Source: Candidatus Bathyarchaeota archaeon
GTDB taxonomy: Archaea; Thermoproteota; Bathyarchaeia; Bathyarchaeales; Bathycorpusculaceae
Direction of reading: 5' to 3'
DNA length: 64,000 nt
Assembly (NCBI GenBank): GCA_963827165.1
Contig: CAWGZR010000006.1
Coordinates: 1 to 64,000 of the forward strand
Shown: positions 10,971-23,403 of the stretch, piece by piece
Layout: the number at the start of each line of letters is the position of its first letter
Position numbering within the stretch: position 1 is the first letter of the stretch
Made by a program: the position numbers and the translations under genes
Notes under the pieces: generated by a model
What the model saw: the letters and a program-made list of their open reading frames with translations, nothing else
What the model was told of the DNA's origin: nothing
Database searches by the model: none

Positions 10971-12206
10971 CTAAGTTTCTCTGGCAGCTGCCTTCTCTAA
11001 TGCTGTAACACCTGGCAACTGTTTGCCCATCAGGAACTCTGTTAACGCGCCGCCAGCAGTGCTAACATAGGAAATCTTGTCTGCTATCTTGAGCTCATGT
11101 AATGCTGCTGTTGTGTGGCCCCCTCCGGCTATGGAGAAGGCTTTCGAATTCGCGATTTCTTCAAAAATTCTTTTCGTTCCGAACATGAATTCGCTGTTTT
11201 CAAAAACTCCCATTGGTCCGCTGACTACAATTGACTTTGCAACCCTAATTATCTGGACATAATCCTCAACTGTTTCTGTTCCAATGTCAAATATGGGAAA
11301 ATCTGTTGGGAGTTCATGAACAGAAATCTCTTTTCTTTTTCCGTTGACTTCTACGGCCAAATCTTTTGGAGTTTTGATTTTATCTGGATACTTTTGCATA
11401 AGTTCTTTTATGCCTGATACTAAGTCTGTGAAATTTTTGTTCTCTAGGAAAGTCATGTTCTGTTTGCCCAAGTCAAAGCCCATGGCCACTAGGAAAACGT
11501 GGCCAACAACTCCGCCTGTGAGTACAAAATCTGCTATTCCATTGTTTAATACGTAGCTTGAAATTTCAAGTGAGTCATCTGCTTTTGCTCCGCCTAAAAT
11601 AAATATGCATGGCTTCTCTGGTTTTTCCAGAATCTTCCTCAAGGACTTAAGCTCTCTTTCCATTACGCGTCCTGCAACGCTTGGTAACACGGTTGTGAAG
11701 CCTATGATTGATACGTGTGCTCTGTGGGCTGCTGAAAAGGCGTCGTTTACGAACAAGTCGGCTAGAGGGGCAAGATTAACTACAAGTGGTTTTTTTGCTT
11801 GTTCTTCAGGCGTTCCTTCTTCAGTTTCCGCATCGTACATTCTAACATTTTCTAAAACGAGAACTTCTCCACTCTTCAATTCTTTAATTGCGTCTTTTGC
11901 TTTTTCTCCGTAAAGGTCATCGACATATTTGACGGGTTTGCCCAGAACCTTAGCAAGGATTTCAGCATGTTGTTTTAAGGGTATAAAATCTGAATCACCC
12001 TTCCGTCCTTGATGCGCCAAAATAACAACTTTTGCCCCTTTTTCTGATAGCTCTTTTATTGTTGATTCTCCATGCGCTCGAATTCTCGAGTCATCTATAA
12101 TTTTCTTGGTTTCGGGGTCTATGGGCGAGTTGAAGTCAACTCTAACAAGTACTACTTTATTCTTAACTTCCACATCGTCTAAAGTTAGAAACTTCGCCAT
12201 TCTCAC
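10971..12206 (-). CDS. pgk: Phosphoglycerate kinase (archaeal-like)
   Basis: Motifs VRVDFNSP, AHQGR, LENVR, FVNDAFSAAHR, LGGAK, GPMGVFE, GGGHT, STAGGA. Confidence 0.96.
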   Translation of the reverse strand: MRMAKFLTLDDVEVKNKVVLVRVDFNSPIDPETKKIIDDSRIRAHGESTIKELSEKGAKVVILAHQGRKGDSDFIPLKQHAEILAKVLGKPVKYVDDLYGEKAKDAIKELKSGEVLVLENVRMYDAETEEGTPEEQAKKPLVVNLAPLADLFVNDAFSAAHRAHVSIIGFTTVLPSVAGRVMERELKSLRKILEKPEKPCIFILGGAKADDSLEISSYVLNNGIADFVLTGGVVGHVFLVAMGFDLGKQNMTFLENKNFTDLVSGIKELMQKYPDKIKTPKDLAVEVNGKRKEISVHELPTDFPIFDIGTETVEDYVQIIRVAKSIVVSGPMGVFENSEFMFGTKRIFEEIANSKAFSIAGGGHTTAALHELKIADKISYVSTAGGALTEFLMGKQLPGVTALEKAAARET

Positions 12207-12725
12207 GCCTTCATGGTAATTAAAGGAAATTGAGTCTTAAGCGTTTTGGGGCAGTTCAGAAACCCAGCTTTTCTTTCTATAGTTGCTCGACGCAAGAGGC
12301 ATCTAAATCTGCCAAATCCATTTACCGTCACTATTATCCTCACTTATGATAACTCGCTTATTTGAGAATATTAGTTTAATTCTCTCTTGATAAATTTTCT
12401 GACTGTCTTGTGCCAATGATAGTAATGCACAAAAGAAACATAGCGCAATGTAAGTTTGAGGAGTTATTTTGGAAACCACTGATGAGGAACGTATGGAAAG
12501 ACCGAAGCTTCCTAAAAAGAGAATCCTGAAAAAGTCTCAGAACCGAAGGAAAAACTAGCGCGATTGTGCCTATATGAATGAGCACGACTAACAAGAGTCC
12601 AGGTTAACAATAAATTAAGTTTCAAGCCACAATTAACGACTCCGAGTAACAAGTAACAGACCATTAGAATTCTCTTAGTAAAGCTTATTATTTTACAGAG
12701 AAATCTACTAGTAAGGCGACTAAAC

Positions 12726-12980
12726 TTGTCAATTCCGATAGATGATGATATGAAAAAAGTTCTTATTGCTCTAAATGAGGCAATTAGAAATACCTGGATT
12801 GATAACAAGCAATTGGAACAAAAAACAGAGCTATCAGTAGAAAACTTAAATGAGGCAGTTGAACTTCTCGAAAGCAAGTGTTTAGTAAAATCGCTTCAAA
12901 TCTTAGGTACAGCACCTTATAAATTCAAGTCTGTAAAACTAACTGCATCTGGCAGGTCTAGGATAAAACAAGGACTATAA
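12726..12980 (+). CDS. Small hypothetical protein, probable winged helix-turn-helix
   Basis: 84 aa with wHTH-like pattern LS.ENLNEAVELLESK.LVK...VKLTASG. Confidence 0.5.
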   Translation: MSIPIDDDMKKVLIALNEAIRNTWIDNKQLEQKTELSVENLNEAVELLESKCLVKSLQILGTAPYKFKSVKLTASGRSRIKQGL

Positions 12981-13279
12981 TTTTGGTTCATTGCAAGAGA
13001 CAAAAAACGGAAAGAATTTTTGGTTTTCCTTTGTTCTGACCGCGTAGTTAGGTATGGCAGTAACACCAATGAATATAGCATAACCAAAGATGGACAAAAA
13101 ACCGATCGCGATGCTTCTTAATACAGTTGCTGCATTTCGATTAAACAGGGTAAAAAAAACCCGGTCCAAAACCTTACTCGCAAGATGAGCAGAAACTAAA
13201 CACAAAAAAGCTAAATAACCAACGACTGGCGTGCGCCACAGAAAACCTTATTTTCGTTCACCTGTGTATTACGAAGAAT

Positions 13280-13697
13280 ATGCGCACAGTTAAAGAGATA
13301 ATGAAACCTGTCGTCAATATAGGTTCGAACCAGACAGTCTTGGAAGCGGCTAACCTCATGAATGCGTCTGGTTATAGTAGTTTGCTGATTGTTGATGGCA
13401 AAATTACTGTCGGCGTCATAACCGCGAGAGATCTTGTTATAAGAGCCATCGCAAAAAACCTGCCTCACACTACTCCAGTTTCGAAGGTAATGTCATCGCC
13501 CCTCATAACAATCAACGCTAATGTTGCCCTAAAGAAAGCAGCCCGAATTATGGGGGAGCGTAAGATAAGACGTCTTCCAGTCACCGAAAGCGGCGTGGTG
13601 GCGGGGAATTTTAGTTGCATCTGATGTATTGTATCAACTGTCCAACGAAACTTTAGCTGAGGATATCTGGGAAACCCTTGTTGAAAAACACCCGTAG
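13280..13697 (+). CDS. Tandem CBS-domain protein, +1 frameshift at GGGG 13603-13606
   Basis: Motifs TVKEIM, GVITARDL, VSKVMSSPLITI, IRRLPV. Removing one G restores VAGILVASDVL...VEKHP and a stop at 13697. Confidence 0.85.
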
Positions 13698-13891
13698 CAA
13701 GTTTCGTCACCCTCTCTCTTCTATCCACATCATTTGATTATTGAAGCACACTTTCTAAAAACCCGCGCTGCCTTGTCCCGGTATTATGTGTTAACGCGCT
13801 AGACAAATATTGTTCTTGCTTGAGGCAGGACTTCCCAAAATACCGCGTTAAAGTTTTCACAATTTAATTTGCTTTGTGCGCGGACACCAGT

Positions 13892-14701
13892 TTATTGCTC
13901 CCAGTATCCTTGGCTATTGTAGTGTTGATGCAGTCTGATCTCATAGTCCCGAGTTGGCAAAGACTCCTCCGTGTATTCTGGTGACTGCTGGATGGCCTCG
14001 CGAGTAAGATTGACGAAGACTTTCAACTCGCCCCAACTAATGTCCTTGATCCATCTTGGCGAAACAAGGACCACTTTTCCAGGCCACAAATTCCGGGTAT
14101 TGATGATTAGATAACGAATCGCCCAAACCTCTTCATCAATAATGAAATCTTCAACGTTACCAATACCGCCGTCTGAGGCTTGAACGTGATAACCACTCAC
14201 AGCGTTAGTGCTGCGCAAATGGGGATCCCACTTTTTCTGAGCCTGATATTCTTTTCTTGTTTCACGATCACGGTCTCCATAGGGATAGGGATAAGGTCCC
14301 CACACGTATGGACCATACCAATACATCGGCCAGCCATAATAACCATAGTAGTATTCCTCGAATTGACGGGAAACAGGCTTATCACTATCCAAAGATGGGC
14401 TGTCCTCAATCTGCTTTTTGGTTAAATCGATGGCAATGTTTTGCTCTTCTTTATTCACTGCCCGTAGCGCATACGGGGAGATCAACACCTGCCTGCCTGA
14501 AAGCCAATTTCCTGTGTCGGCGACCAGATAACGAATTGTCCAGTACTTATCATCGAAGTAGAATTCTTTGACTTTCCCTATTTCCCCATCAAGGCTATCC
14601 AATTTGTAAACTTTTAGCGTTTTGACTTTGTTTAACAAACTAGTTCTTTCGATCTTTGCGTTTTGTTTTTGTTCGTTGAATAATTCATCTTTCTTAATCA
14701 T
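13892..14701 (-). CDS. Protein with two PRC-barrel domains
   Basis: Duplicated DG.IG.V.(E/D)F..D...W.IRYL...T.NW..G..VL.SP and V.LT.EQI..SP motifs. Confidence 0.88.
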   Translation of the reverse strand: MIKKDELFNEQKQNAKIERTSLLNKVKTLKVYKLDSLDGEIGKVKEFYFDDKYWTIRYLVADTGNWLSGRQVLISPYALRAVNKEEQNIAIDLTKKQIEDSPSLDSDKPVSRQFEEYYYGYYGWPMYWYGPYVWGPYPYPYGDRDRETRKEYQAQKKWDPHLRSTNAVSGYHVQASDGGIGNVEDFIIDEEVWAIRYLIINTRNLWPGKVVLVSPRWIKDISWGELKVFVNLTREAIQQSPEYTEESLPTRDYEIRLHQHYNSQGYWEQ

Positions 14702-14854
14702 TTTACATTTACCTCAATTTACATCAATATGTACGCGGCGCGCGGACAACCTATAGTGCTTCCATATAAGCGTCCAAGACTTCAATACGGCGGACCTTCC
14801 ATCAGTGCCAGAACGGTTCTTGCGTTTGCGTGTGCACTTGTCTCGAATCAATTG

Positions 14855-15250
14855 TTAGTGGGTTTTGTTACTTTTGCCCTGAATTTTGCTCTTTGGGATA
14901 GTGGCAGGTTTCACATCGCAAGCTAAACTGTATGCGCCGAATTGTTTTCGCCAATTTCTCGTCCAGTCTACAAGATTCGGCGCTTCTTCGGGTTTTCCAC
15001 AAAGAGATTTCTCTTCTTTTTCTCGGTTCATTTTTGCTTCAGTGGCAAGAATCTGTAATTTATCTTTAAATTCCTGATTTTCCTCCATGGGTAGAGTCTC
15101 CTGTGCTAAAGCTTCAATGGACATGAGATGTTTTCTTACGCAACGTTCACCATCAGACTCACAAGGACAAGACTGGTCAGCAGAATGCTCCTGAAGCAAT
15201 AATAATTCCTTTATAATCTGATCATATTGCCACTTTAGAATAGGCTTCAA
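14855..15250 (-). CDS. Hypothetical helical protein with a Cys/His cluster
   Basis: 131-aa ORF containing LLLLQEH...CPC...CVRKHLMSIEALAQE. Confidence 0.6.
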   Translation of the reverse strand: MKPILKWQYDQIIKELLLLQEHSADQSCPCESDGERCVRKHLMSIEALAQETLPMEENQEFKDKLQILATEAKMNREKEEKSLCGKPEEAPNLVDWTRNWRKQFGAYSLACDVKPATIPKSKIQGKSNKTH

Positions 15251-15692
15251 AAATTTCCCTCAAAACATAATACCTAAAACATTTATTTAAACCAATTACA
15301 GCACGCCGATTATGCTAGAGTTTAGTGCTTTTTTGCTGGTTCAACTATGTGAGCGTCAAGATATAGTAATATTTTCTTTTTCGTAGACCTAAATGCATAT
15401 GGACATATGGATAAAGCTTATGGAAAATTTGAAGTTTAAAACTAATATTGAGCCTTTCAAAGTGGACTGCTTTGAAACTGTAATTCGATTGAAACCAACA
15501 CTAGGTTCTGAGTCGAATGATAAATTGCATACAGAAAAAAGTTCCGCTGCAGAAGCATGCTTCTTGACAGTCGCCTCAAGATCTTCCGCGCGCTAACCCG
15601 CAGCATACAAAGAGATTGCACTCAACTACGAGTAGTAATACGAAGAACTCATAGGGCAGAAATGAGAAATAACAATGTAGTGAAAGAAGATC

Positions 15693-17090
15693 ATGAAAAT
15701 AAAATTCTTAGGCGCAACACATCAAGTGACAGGATCAAGCTACTTACTGGAAACTGCCGAAATAAAAATCCTCATCGATTGCGGCATGTTTCAAGAACGG
15801 GACTATTCCCACAGAAACTGGGAGGCCTTCCCTGTTCCTCCAGACCAGATCCAATATCTCCTCCTCACCCATGTTCACCAAGACCACTCTGGACTTATTC
15901 CTAAGCTTGTCAAAGAAGGGTTTCACGGAGATATTCTGCTAACCGCTGCGTCTAAGGAGTTGTTCCCAATAGTGATTTTGGATTCTGCCCGCATCCAAGA
16001 AGAAGACGCTGCCTTCAAGAAAAACCGAAACAATAACGAAGAACATGAGGAGCCCTACACGGAAACCCCTTTATACACAGTCCAAGATGCAGAAAAGTGC
16101 TTTCCCCTCCTGAAAGCTGTTCCATACGAAGAGTTTCTGCCGCTAAACGATCAAATCAAGGTTTGTTTCCACGATGCCGGCCACATCCTTGGCTCGGCAA
16201 TGATTGAGATCGTTTTCCAAGACGAGAACGGGTCGCAAAACATCATATTCTCTGGCGATATCGGACAGTGGGACACGCCTCTACTCAACAACCCCACAGT
16301 ATTTGATCGAGCAGATTACGTGGTCATGGAGTCCACATATGGAGATCGAAATCACGATAACTTACAAGATATTGATGATAAACTCAGCAAGATTATCAAT
16401 GACACAATAAGAGCTGGCGGTAACGTCGTTATCCCCACCTTCGCTATTGAACGAGCCCAAGAGCTCTTATACCATATTAGCTTGTTGGCGCGTGGAAAAA
16501 GAATTCCTTACATTGTTACGTTTCTTGATAGCCCTATGGCTGTAGAAATCACGAAGGTCTTTGAACAGAGCAAGAAGTACTTTGACAAGAAAACTCTGGA
16601 ACTATTCAAGAATGGTCAAACACCCTTTGACTTTCCAGGATTGAAGCTAGTCGAATCTGTTGAAGGATCCAAAGCGATCAACCTGATCAAAGGGTCAACA
16701 ATCATAATGGCTGGTTCGGGAATGATTACCGGAGGACGAATTAAACATCATCTGGTTAGAGAGATAACTCGTCCTGAATCCGCACTTATTTTCGCAGGAT
16801 ACCAAGCGGTTGGAACGCTTGGACGACAAATTTTGGACGGCGTTTCCCCTGTAAGTATTCTCGGTGAATCCTACCCAGTTCGGATGAGGATTGAGAACAT
16901 TAATGGTTTATCTGCGCATGCTGGTATGAATGATTTGCATCGATGGCTTGACAATTTCAAAGCTCCGCCGAAGCATGTTTTCTTGACTCATGGCGAAGAA
17001 GGAGCGATCTTGAGCTTAGAAAACTACCTGCATTCAAAGGGCGGATGGGAAGTGACCGCTCCAGTATACTTGGAAGAATATGGCCTCTGA
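15693..17090 (+). CDS. MBL-fold beta-CASP metallo-hydrolase (RNase, TTHA0252/Ysh1-like)
   Basis: Motifs VTGS, IDCG, THVHQDH, AGHILG, SGDIG, MESTYG, SAHA, HGE. Confidence 0.9.
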   Translation: MKIKFLGATHQVTGSSYLLETAEIKILIDCGMFQERDYSHRNWEAFPVPPDQIQYLLLTHVHQDHSGLIPKLVKEGFHGDILLTAASKELFPIVILDSARIQEEDAAFKKNRNNNEEHEEPYTETPLYTVQDAEKCFPLLKAVPYEEFLPLNDQIKVCFHDAGHILGSAMIEIVFQDENGSQNIIFSGDIGQWDTPLLNNPTVFDRADYVVMESTYGDRNHDNLQDIDDKLSKIINDTIRAGGNVVIPTFAIERAQELLYHISLLARGKRIPYIVTFLDSPMAVEITKVFEQSKKYFDKKTLELFKNGQTPFDFPGLKLVESVEGSKAINLIKGSTIIMAGSGMITGGRIKHHLVREITRPESALIFAGYQAVGTLGRQILDGVSPVSILGESYPVRMRIENINGLSAHAGMNDLHRWLDNFKAPPKHVFLTHGEEGAILSLENYLHSKGGWEVTAPVYLEEYGL

Positions 17091-17319
17091 CTCTTCCCAG
17101 AGAGGTCAAACAGCTCAAATTTCCCTCCAAATCAAAGAATGAGTTATGATCGTGTTTAGACCAATTAAAGGGGCAAGCCAGCGCGTAAACCAAAAACATA
17201 TTAGCTTAACACCTGAAAGCTTGAATGTCTGCAAGAATCATGAAAACAATAGTAATCTGTTTTTCTTATCATAAGAATTTAGCGACAAAGAGAGAGGACA
17301 TAAGACGTTTAGTTTTGCA

Positions 17320-17586
17320 ATGTTCTTTGGGACATTCAAAGCCAACCGAGCACTGCAATTCGTTTTCATAAGCGTGACCGTGTTGTTCTTCCTCCTCGCG
17401 GCAAGAGACCTTACAGGAAACGCAGCATTACTTGGAAATTTTAAGATAGATGCACTCGCTGGCTACGAAGGCATAATCTGCGGATCAAGCGCAATCTATC
17501 TAGGCATTGCTGAAGTGCTAAACGAAGTCTATAACAAAACCGTAATGCCCATTGGCGCTATAGCTAAAATCCCAAGCCAAGATTAA
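17320..17586 (+). pseudogene. C-terminal fragment of an acetate uptake transporter (SatP/GPR1/FUN34/YaaH family)
   Basis: MFFGT..ANRALQFVF.S.T.LFFLLA...AGYEGIICG.SAIY...AEVLNE.Y..TV.PIG. Only the last helices are present and no in-frame N-terminus lies upstream. Confidence 0.7.
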
Positions 17587-17712
17587 GCGCGCTAGTTTCT
17601 CCCGAAATTGAAAAGCTTATTTTAAGAAGCGGAGTCTCGTATTTTGTGTAACGCCCAAGCTTAACAGGTGAGTCCTATTATCTTCCAGGTACTGGTGTTG
17701 AAGTGTGGCCAA

Positions 17713-20282
17713 CTATGATTCATACCACAATATTTGTTTGGCTTCCAGGGGCACCGCAGCCCCATCAAAATAGGGAATGATGCGTGGCGTATAGTGTTCT
17801 GCTGGCCGAAGGGCCGGGATACTGGAACGATAGAGATAGCCATTAGCTGTTCCATCAGCCTCAGCTACCTCCATGACATGAATTTCGGATTCTCCGTCAC
17901 CCTGAGGCTCAGCGAATAGCTGGACCTGCACTGCCTTCGGATCAAGCTTATCAAGATACACTTTTACCGTCATAATATATTTGTCACCTTCCCTCTGCAC
18001 ATCCAGCCTTCCGAAGTATAATTTCTGCCAATACGTCTCCAATAACTCTCGCCAGTGGCATAAGCGCACTGACTCATTTGCCCCGTCGGCAGAGCGTTTA
18101 TGATAGTTCTGGGCAGCCTCGAGGTATAATCTATCAACATACTCTCGCAGCATCCGGTTCGAACTGAATTGCGGGGTGAGCTCAGCCATACTCGTCCGCA
18201 TGCGTGCTATCCAGGCGGTAGGGAATGCCTCGGCCATCACGTTCATAGAAACACTGGAATAATCTCCTCCTCGAGGAGACGGTAAGTCTCTGCCGCTTCT
18301 TGGGCATCCCAGTTAGGGTCATCACCATGCTCCTGCCCATCGCCTATGGCCCAGCCAACCTCGGCCCGGTAAGCTTCTGCCCACCACCCATCCAGCTCCG
18401 ATAAGTTCAAGCCACCGTTTACCAAAACCTTCATCCCGCTGGTACCGCAAGCCTCCCAGGGGCGGCGGGGTGTGTTTATCCAAAGGTCCACGCCTTGTAC
18501 CAACTGCTCAGCCAGAGCCATATCGTAGTCAGAGAGGAAGACTACCTTGTTTTGCACATCGGAACGAAGCGAATACTCCCACCAAGCGCGCACCAGGGCT
18601 TTGCCTTCTTCATCGCGAGGATGGGCTTTCCCGGCAATAACGAGTTGAACAGGCCGATTAGGATGGTTCAGTATCCTGCTTAGCCGATCGGGATCATGGA
18701 GCAAAAGATTTGGCCGTTTGTATGCAGTGAAACGCCGGGCAAAACCCATAGTGAGAACGTCAGGGTCCAGTATTTGGTTGGACTGCTTTATGAGTTGCAC
18801 CGAGGCACCTGCTCTCGATAGCTGACGACCAAGACGTGCACGCACGTAATGGATCAGTTGCTCTACTTCTTCCCTACGTAGTTGCCACAACGACTCATCG
18901 GTTATCTTCTTCAAATCGTCTTTAATCGTATCCATGGTATTTAGCCAACGCTCTTTCCCGCAGGCATTGGTCCAAGTCGTATCGGCCGTTGCAGAGTCCC
19001 ATGACGGCATGTGAACACCGTTGGTAACGTGGGTGATTGGTACCTCGCCCTTGGACCAGCGAGGGAATAATGGTTGGAAAATTTGCCGGCTTACCTCTCC
19101 ATGAAGACGACTGACACCGTTGACCACTCCTGAACCCCGCATAGCCAGAAAGGCCATGTTAAGTGGTTCCTGTGAGTTCGCAGGATCCTGGCGGCCTAAA
19201 GCTATAAGACCGTCCAATCCAATACCCAGTTGATCCGCATAATCTGCCAGATAACGGCTGACTAGTTCTGGTGCGAATCGATCGAAACCCGCCTCAACAG
19301 GTGTATGCGTGGTAAAGATATTGCCCGCACGAGTTGCGGCCAAAGCCACCTTGAAAGGCTGATGTTCACTTAACATAAAGCTGCGTGCCCGCTCAACCAC
19401 AGCTAGTGCCGCATGTCCCTCATTGAGGTGACATACTTCAGGTTGAATACCAACGGCATTGAGCAGTCGCCAGCCTCCGATTCCCAGCACAATCTCTTGT
19501 TGCAGGCGCAGTTCTGGTCCTCCTCCGTAGAGTTCGCTGGTAATCCCGCGGTCAGTAGGACTGTTGATAGGGTCATTACTGTCCAGGAGGTAAAGCTTCA
19601 CCCGTCCCACTATGGCTTCCCAGGCACGCAACCATAAGGCGCCACCGGGAAAATCTATCTTTATCCTAAGCCACTGTCCATTCTTGTCGCGTACTGGCAT
19701 GACTGGAAGCTGGCCGGGGTCGTTGTAGGGGTAAAACTCGGTCTGGTCGCCATGGGCATCTACTGCTTGACGGAAATAGCCCTGCTGATAGAGAAGACCC
19801 ACTCCAATTACTGGAACGCCCAGGTCACTGGCAGTCTTAAGATAATCACCCGCCAGAATCCCGAGACCGCCCGAGTAAATCGGCAGAGCTTCACCAAGTC
19901 CATACTCCATGCTGAAATAGGCTACTTTTAGTGTCGATTGAGAATGGGTCTGTTGAAACCAGGCCTTCTCTCCTATCGCCTCGCGATGTTCTTCCACAAG
20001 TTTATCCATCAGTCCCCGGAAAGTGGAATCGGTCGACAGCGCTTTAAGGCGATCCGTTTTAACTGTTTGAAGCATGAGCCATGGGTTAGAGGTCATACTC
20101 CATAACTCTGGATCAAGATATTGCCATAGCTTATCAGCAGCGTGATTCCATGACCAACGAAGATCGAGGGCTAACTCAACGAGTCCTTCGAGTCCTTTCG
20201 GCAGTGTAGGTAACAGATAATTGCTGGGTACAGTCATGATAGTCTCCTCGCTATTTATCCCTACCAGAGGCTCTTTGCCCAT
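17713..20282 (-). CDS. glgP: Alpha-glucan (glycogen) phosphorylase, bacterial type, split by two +1 indels (about 18250 and 18222)
   Basis: Motifs AYFSMEYGL, YSGGLGILAGD, HLNEGH, FTTHTP, ARRFTAYKR, AGKAHP, EACGTSGMK (PLP Lys). Removing two bases restores IPVFYERDGRGIPTAWIARM. Confidence 0.93.
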
Positions 20283-20576
20283 TCTTAGGTCTTAAAATAC
20301 TTTCATTTTCGTCGACAAAGAAACAAGTCGAAACGTTTCCACGAGCTATACGCTCCATTCTGTTAATTGCTATCCTTTTCATATTCTTCCCCATTCCCCA
20401 TTACTGTTATGCCTCAAGTCGCTTATTCGGTTGAGGTTTTTGCCTGTTTCTCATCGCGTTGTTTGCGACCAAGTCTTTTTTCGATTTCCAGCACATGTAA
20501 GGTACGGCTTGTTCAGGAACATTCATATGCGATGCACTTCTTTCTTGGATTTGTACGGATTTTCTTTCTTTCTCGA

Positions 20577-21603
<1,027 letters not shown>

Positions 21604-21961
21604 TCACCATTCTCCAAAAGTTCATCTCTGAATTACACTTAAGGGTGCGCCAATTTTTTAACATACCGCTTGCGATCGTCAAGATTGAATCACAATCTCT
21701 TTTTCCGTCTGTTTTTGATTAGGCCGGAAGAGGTCATTTTTATTTTTTAGTGCTATGAATTATTTTATAAGTAGAGTCTAACTATCCACTATGTAAGAGT
21801 AGCTCGGAAGTTGTAAGCATGGCAGCGCACCAGAAGACTTGTTTCACACGGTGTTCTCAGCTGAACTCAAACAATAAATCGTTTTAAAAGGCGTTTTTTG
21901 TCTGAACGAAAGCTAATTATTGGTGAAGGTGGCACTTTATCACAGCGAGGCTTTTGTTTTT

Positions 21962-22084
21962 ATGTCTGTTAAGGATCCTGTTTGTGGAATAGCGCGCGCG
22001 CGAATCCGCTTAGTCGCACTTTTTCAGAACCCGAAAAGCGGCTTCAGCAATTTGAACCAAAGAAAAGGGTGTGACAGAAAATGA
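21962..22084 (+). pseudogene. Remnant of a YHS/TRASH-domain gene
   Basis: Starts MSVKDPVCG (YHS N-terminal signature DPVCG). Similarity ends at a (GC)5G run at 21992-22002. Confidence 0.4.
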
Positions 22085-23403
22085 GTATTTTTAGAGCTTA
22101 CGACATACGAGGAATTTACGGTAAAGACTTGACGGAAGAGATTATGACCCGAATAGGTCAGGCAGCCGGAACCTTGTGCCCCGGCACCTTCACCATTGGA
22201 CGAGATTTCAGAGAACATGGAGCCCAACTTGAAGAAGCGTTCGTTACAGGATTAAAAAAAGCCGGGTCAAACGCGAATCTGGTCGGAACCTGCCCCGCGA
22301 GTCTCTGCGTCTTTGCAAACTGGAAAATGAAAAATAACGCAACCGCCTACATAACCGCGTCCCATCTGCCAGCAGAGTGGAACGGCGTCAAATTCTTCCA
22401 CCAAGACGGAGTCGGCTTCTTCGAAGACGAAAACAAAAAACTGGGAGAGATCAGCGCCTCAGAAAAATTCAAAACAGGCACAGGAACAGCAAAACCGCTC
22501 GAGGGAATGGACACAGAATACGCGAATTTCGTGGCTGAAAAAATAAAACCCGACAAAATAAGCGTGGTCGCCGACTTCGGAAACGGAGCCGCATGCCTAC
22601 TGGTACCAAAAATAATCAAAAAAATCGGCGTCAAAGCCACCTTCCTATTTGATTGGCCCGACCCAAAATTCTCAAACAGAGACCCCGAACCGAAACCTGA
22701 AGCATTAACCGCTCTCTGCAAGAAAGTTGTGACAGAAAAGGCAGATCTCGGAATAGCGTTCGACGGCGATGGCGACAGAGCCATTTTCGTCGATGACACA
22801 GGCAAAGTCATCGCGACCGAACAAAGCGCGATCCTCTTCATCAGGGACATAATGAAAACTCAGAGAGGCCCTGTCGTCGCCAACATAGAATGCTCAGACA
22901 TCATAGAGGACGAGGTTAAGAAATACGGGGAAAAAGTGTTTCGAATACCAGTTGGCCACACGTTTTTGGTGCAGGAAACCAAGAAACACAAAGCGGTTAT
23001 TGGTGTTGAAGAATCTGGGCACATATGTGTTCCAAAGTTCTTCTGGTTCGACGATGCAATAATAAATAGTATGTACATGGCAGAAATAGTCTCAAAGATG
23101 GGGCAGAAGCTGTCAGAAGCCGTGAAAGAGCTGCCCTCAAGATTTTTCGAAAGAATCGAAATAAAGTGCTCTGACGAAACGAAGTTTCAAGTCATCAATA
23201 AGATAAAAGAAAAGGCCATGAAAACATATAAAAACACAGACACAATCGACGGCGTCAAAATTGTTTTTCCAGATTCGTGGGCTCTGATCAGAGCATCAAA
23301 TACATCACCGATACTCCGCTTATCGATAGAGGCACGAGACCAAAAAAGACTTGACGAGCTCAAGAAGGAAATGACAAAACTGATAAAGAGCGTCAATGAA
23401 TGA
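22081..23403 (+). CDS. Phosphoglucomutase/phosphomannomutase
   Basis: Motifs IFRAYDIRG, TASHLP (catalytic Ser), DGDGDR (metal binding), GVEESGH, RASNT. Confidence 0.93.
   Translation: MSIFRAYDIRGIYGKDLTEEIMTRIGQAAGTLCPGTFTIGRDFREHGAQLEEAFVTGLKKAGSNANLVGTCPASLCVFANWKMKNNATAYITASHLPAEWNGVKFFHQDGVGFFEDENKKLGEISASEKFKTGTGTAKPLEGMDTEYANFVAEKIKPDKISVVADFGNGAACLLVPKIIKKIGVKATFLFDWPDPKFSNRDPEPKPEALTALCKKVVTEKADLGIAFDGDGDRAIFVDDTGKVIATEQSAILFIRDIMKTQRGPVVANIECSDIIEDEVKKYGEKVFRIPVGHTFLVQETKKHKAVIGVEESGHICVPKFFWFDDAIINSMYMAEIVSKMGQKLSEAVKELPSRFFERIEIKCSDETKFQVINKIKEKAMKTYKNTDTIDGVKIVFPDSWALIRASNTSPILRLSIEARDQKRLDELKKEMTKLIKSVNE

Noticed and set aside
1447-12700. TrmB-type glycolytic motif (TATCAC-N5-GTGATA) in island promoters
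   Set aside because: Only isolated half-site-like words were seen by eye, with no correctly spaced palindrome.
20401-20530. Short minus-strand ORF between gap and glgP (MNVPEQAVPY...)
   Set aside because: Could be a gene remnant, but no family is recognisable and the evidence is insufficient.
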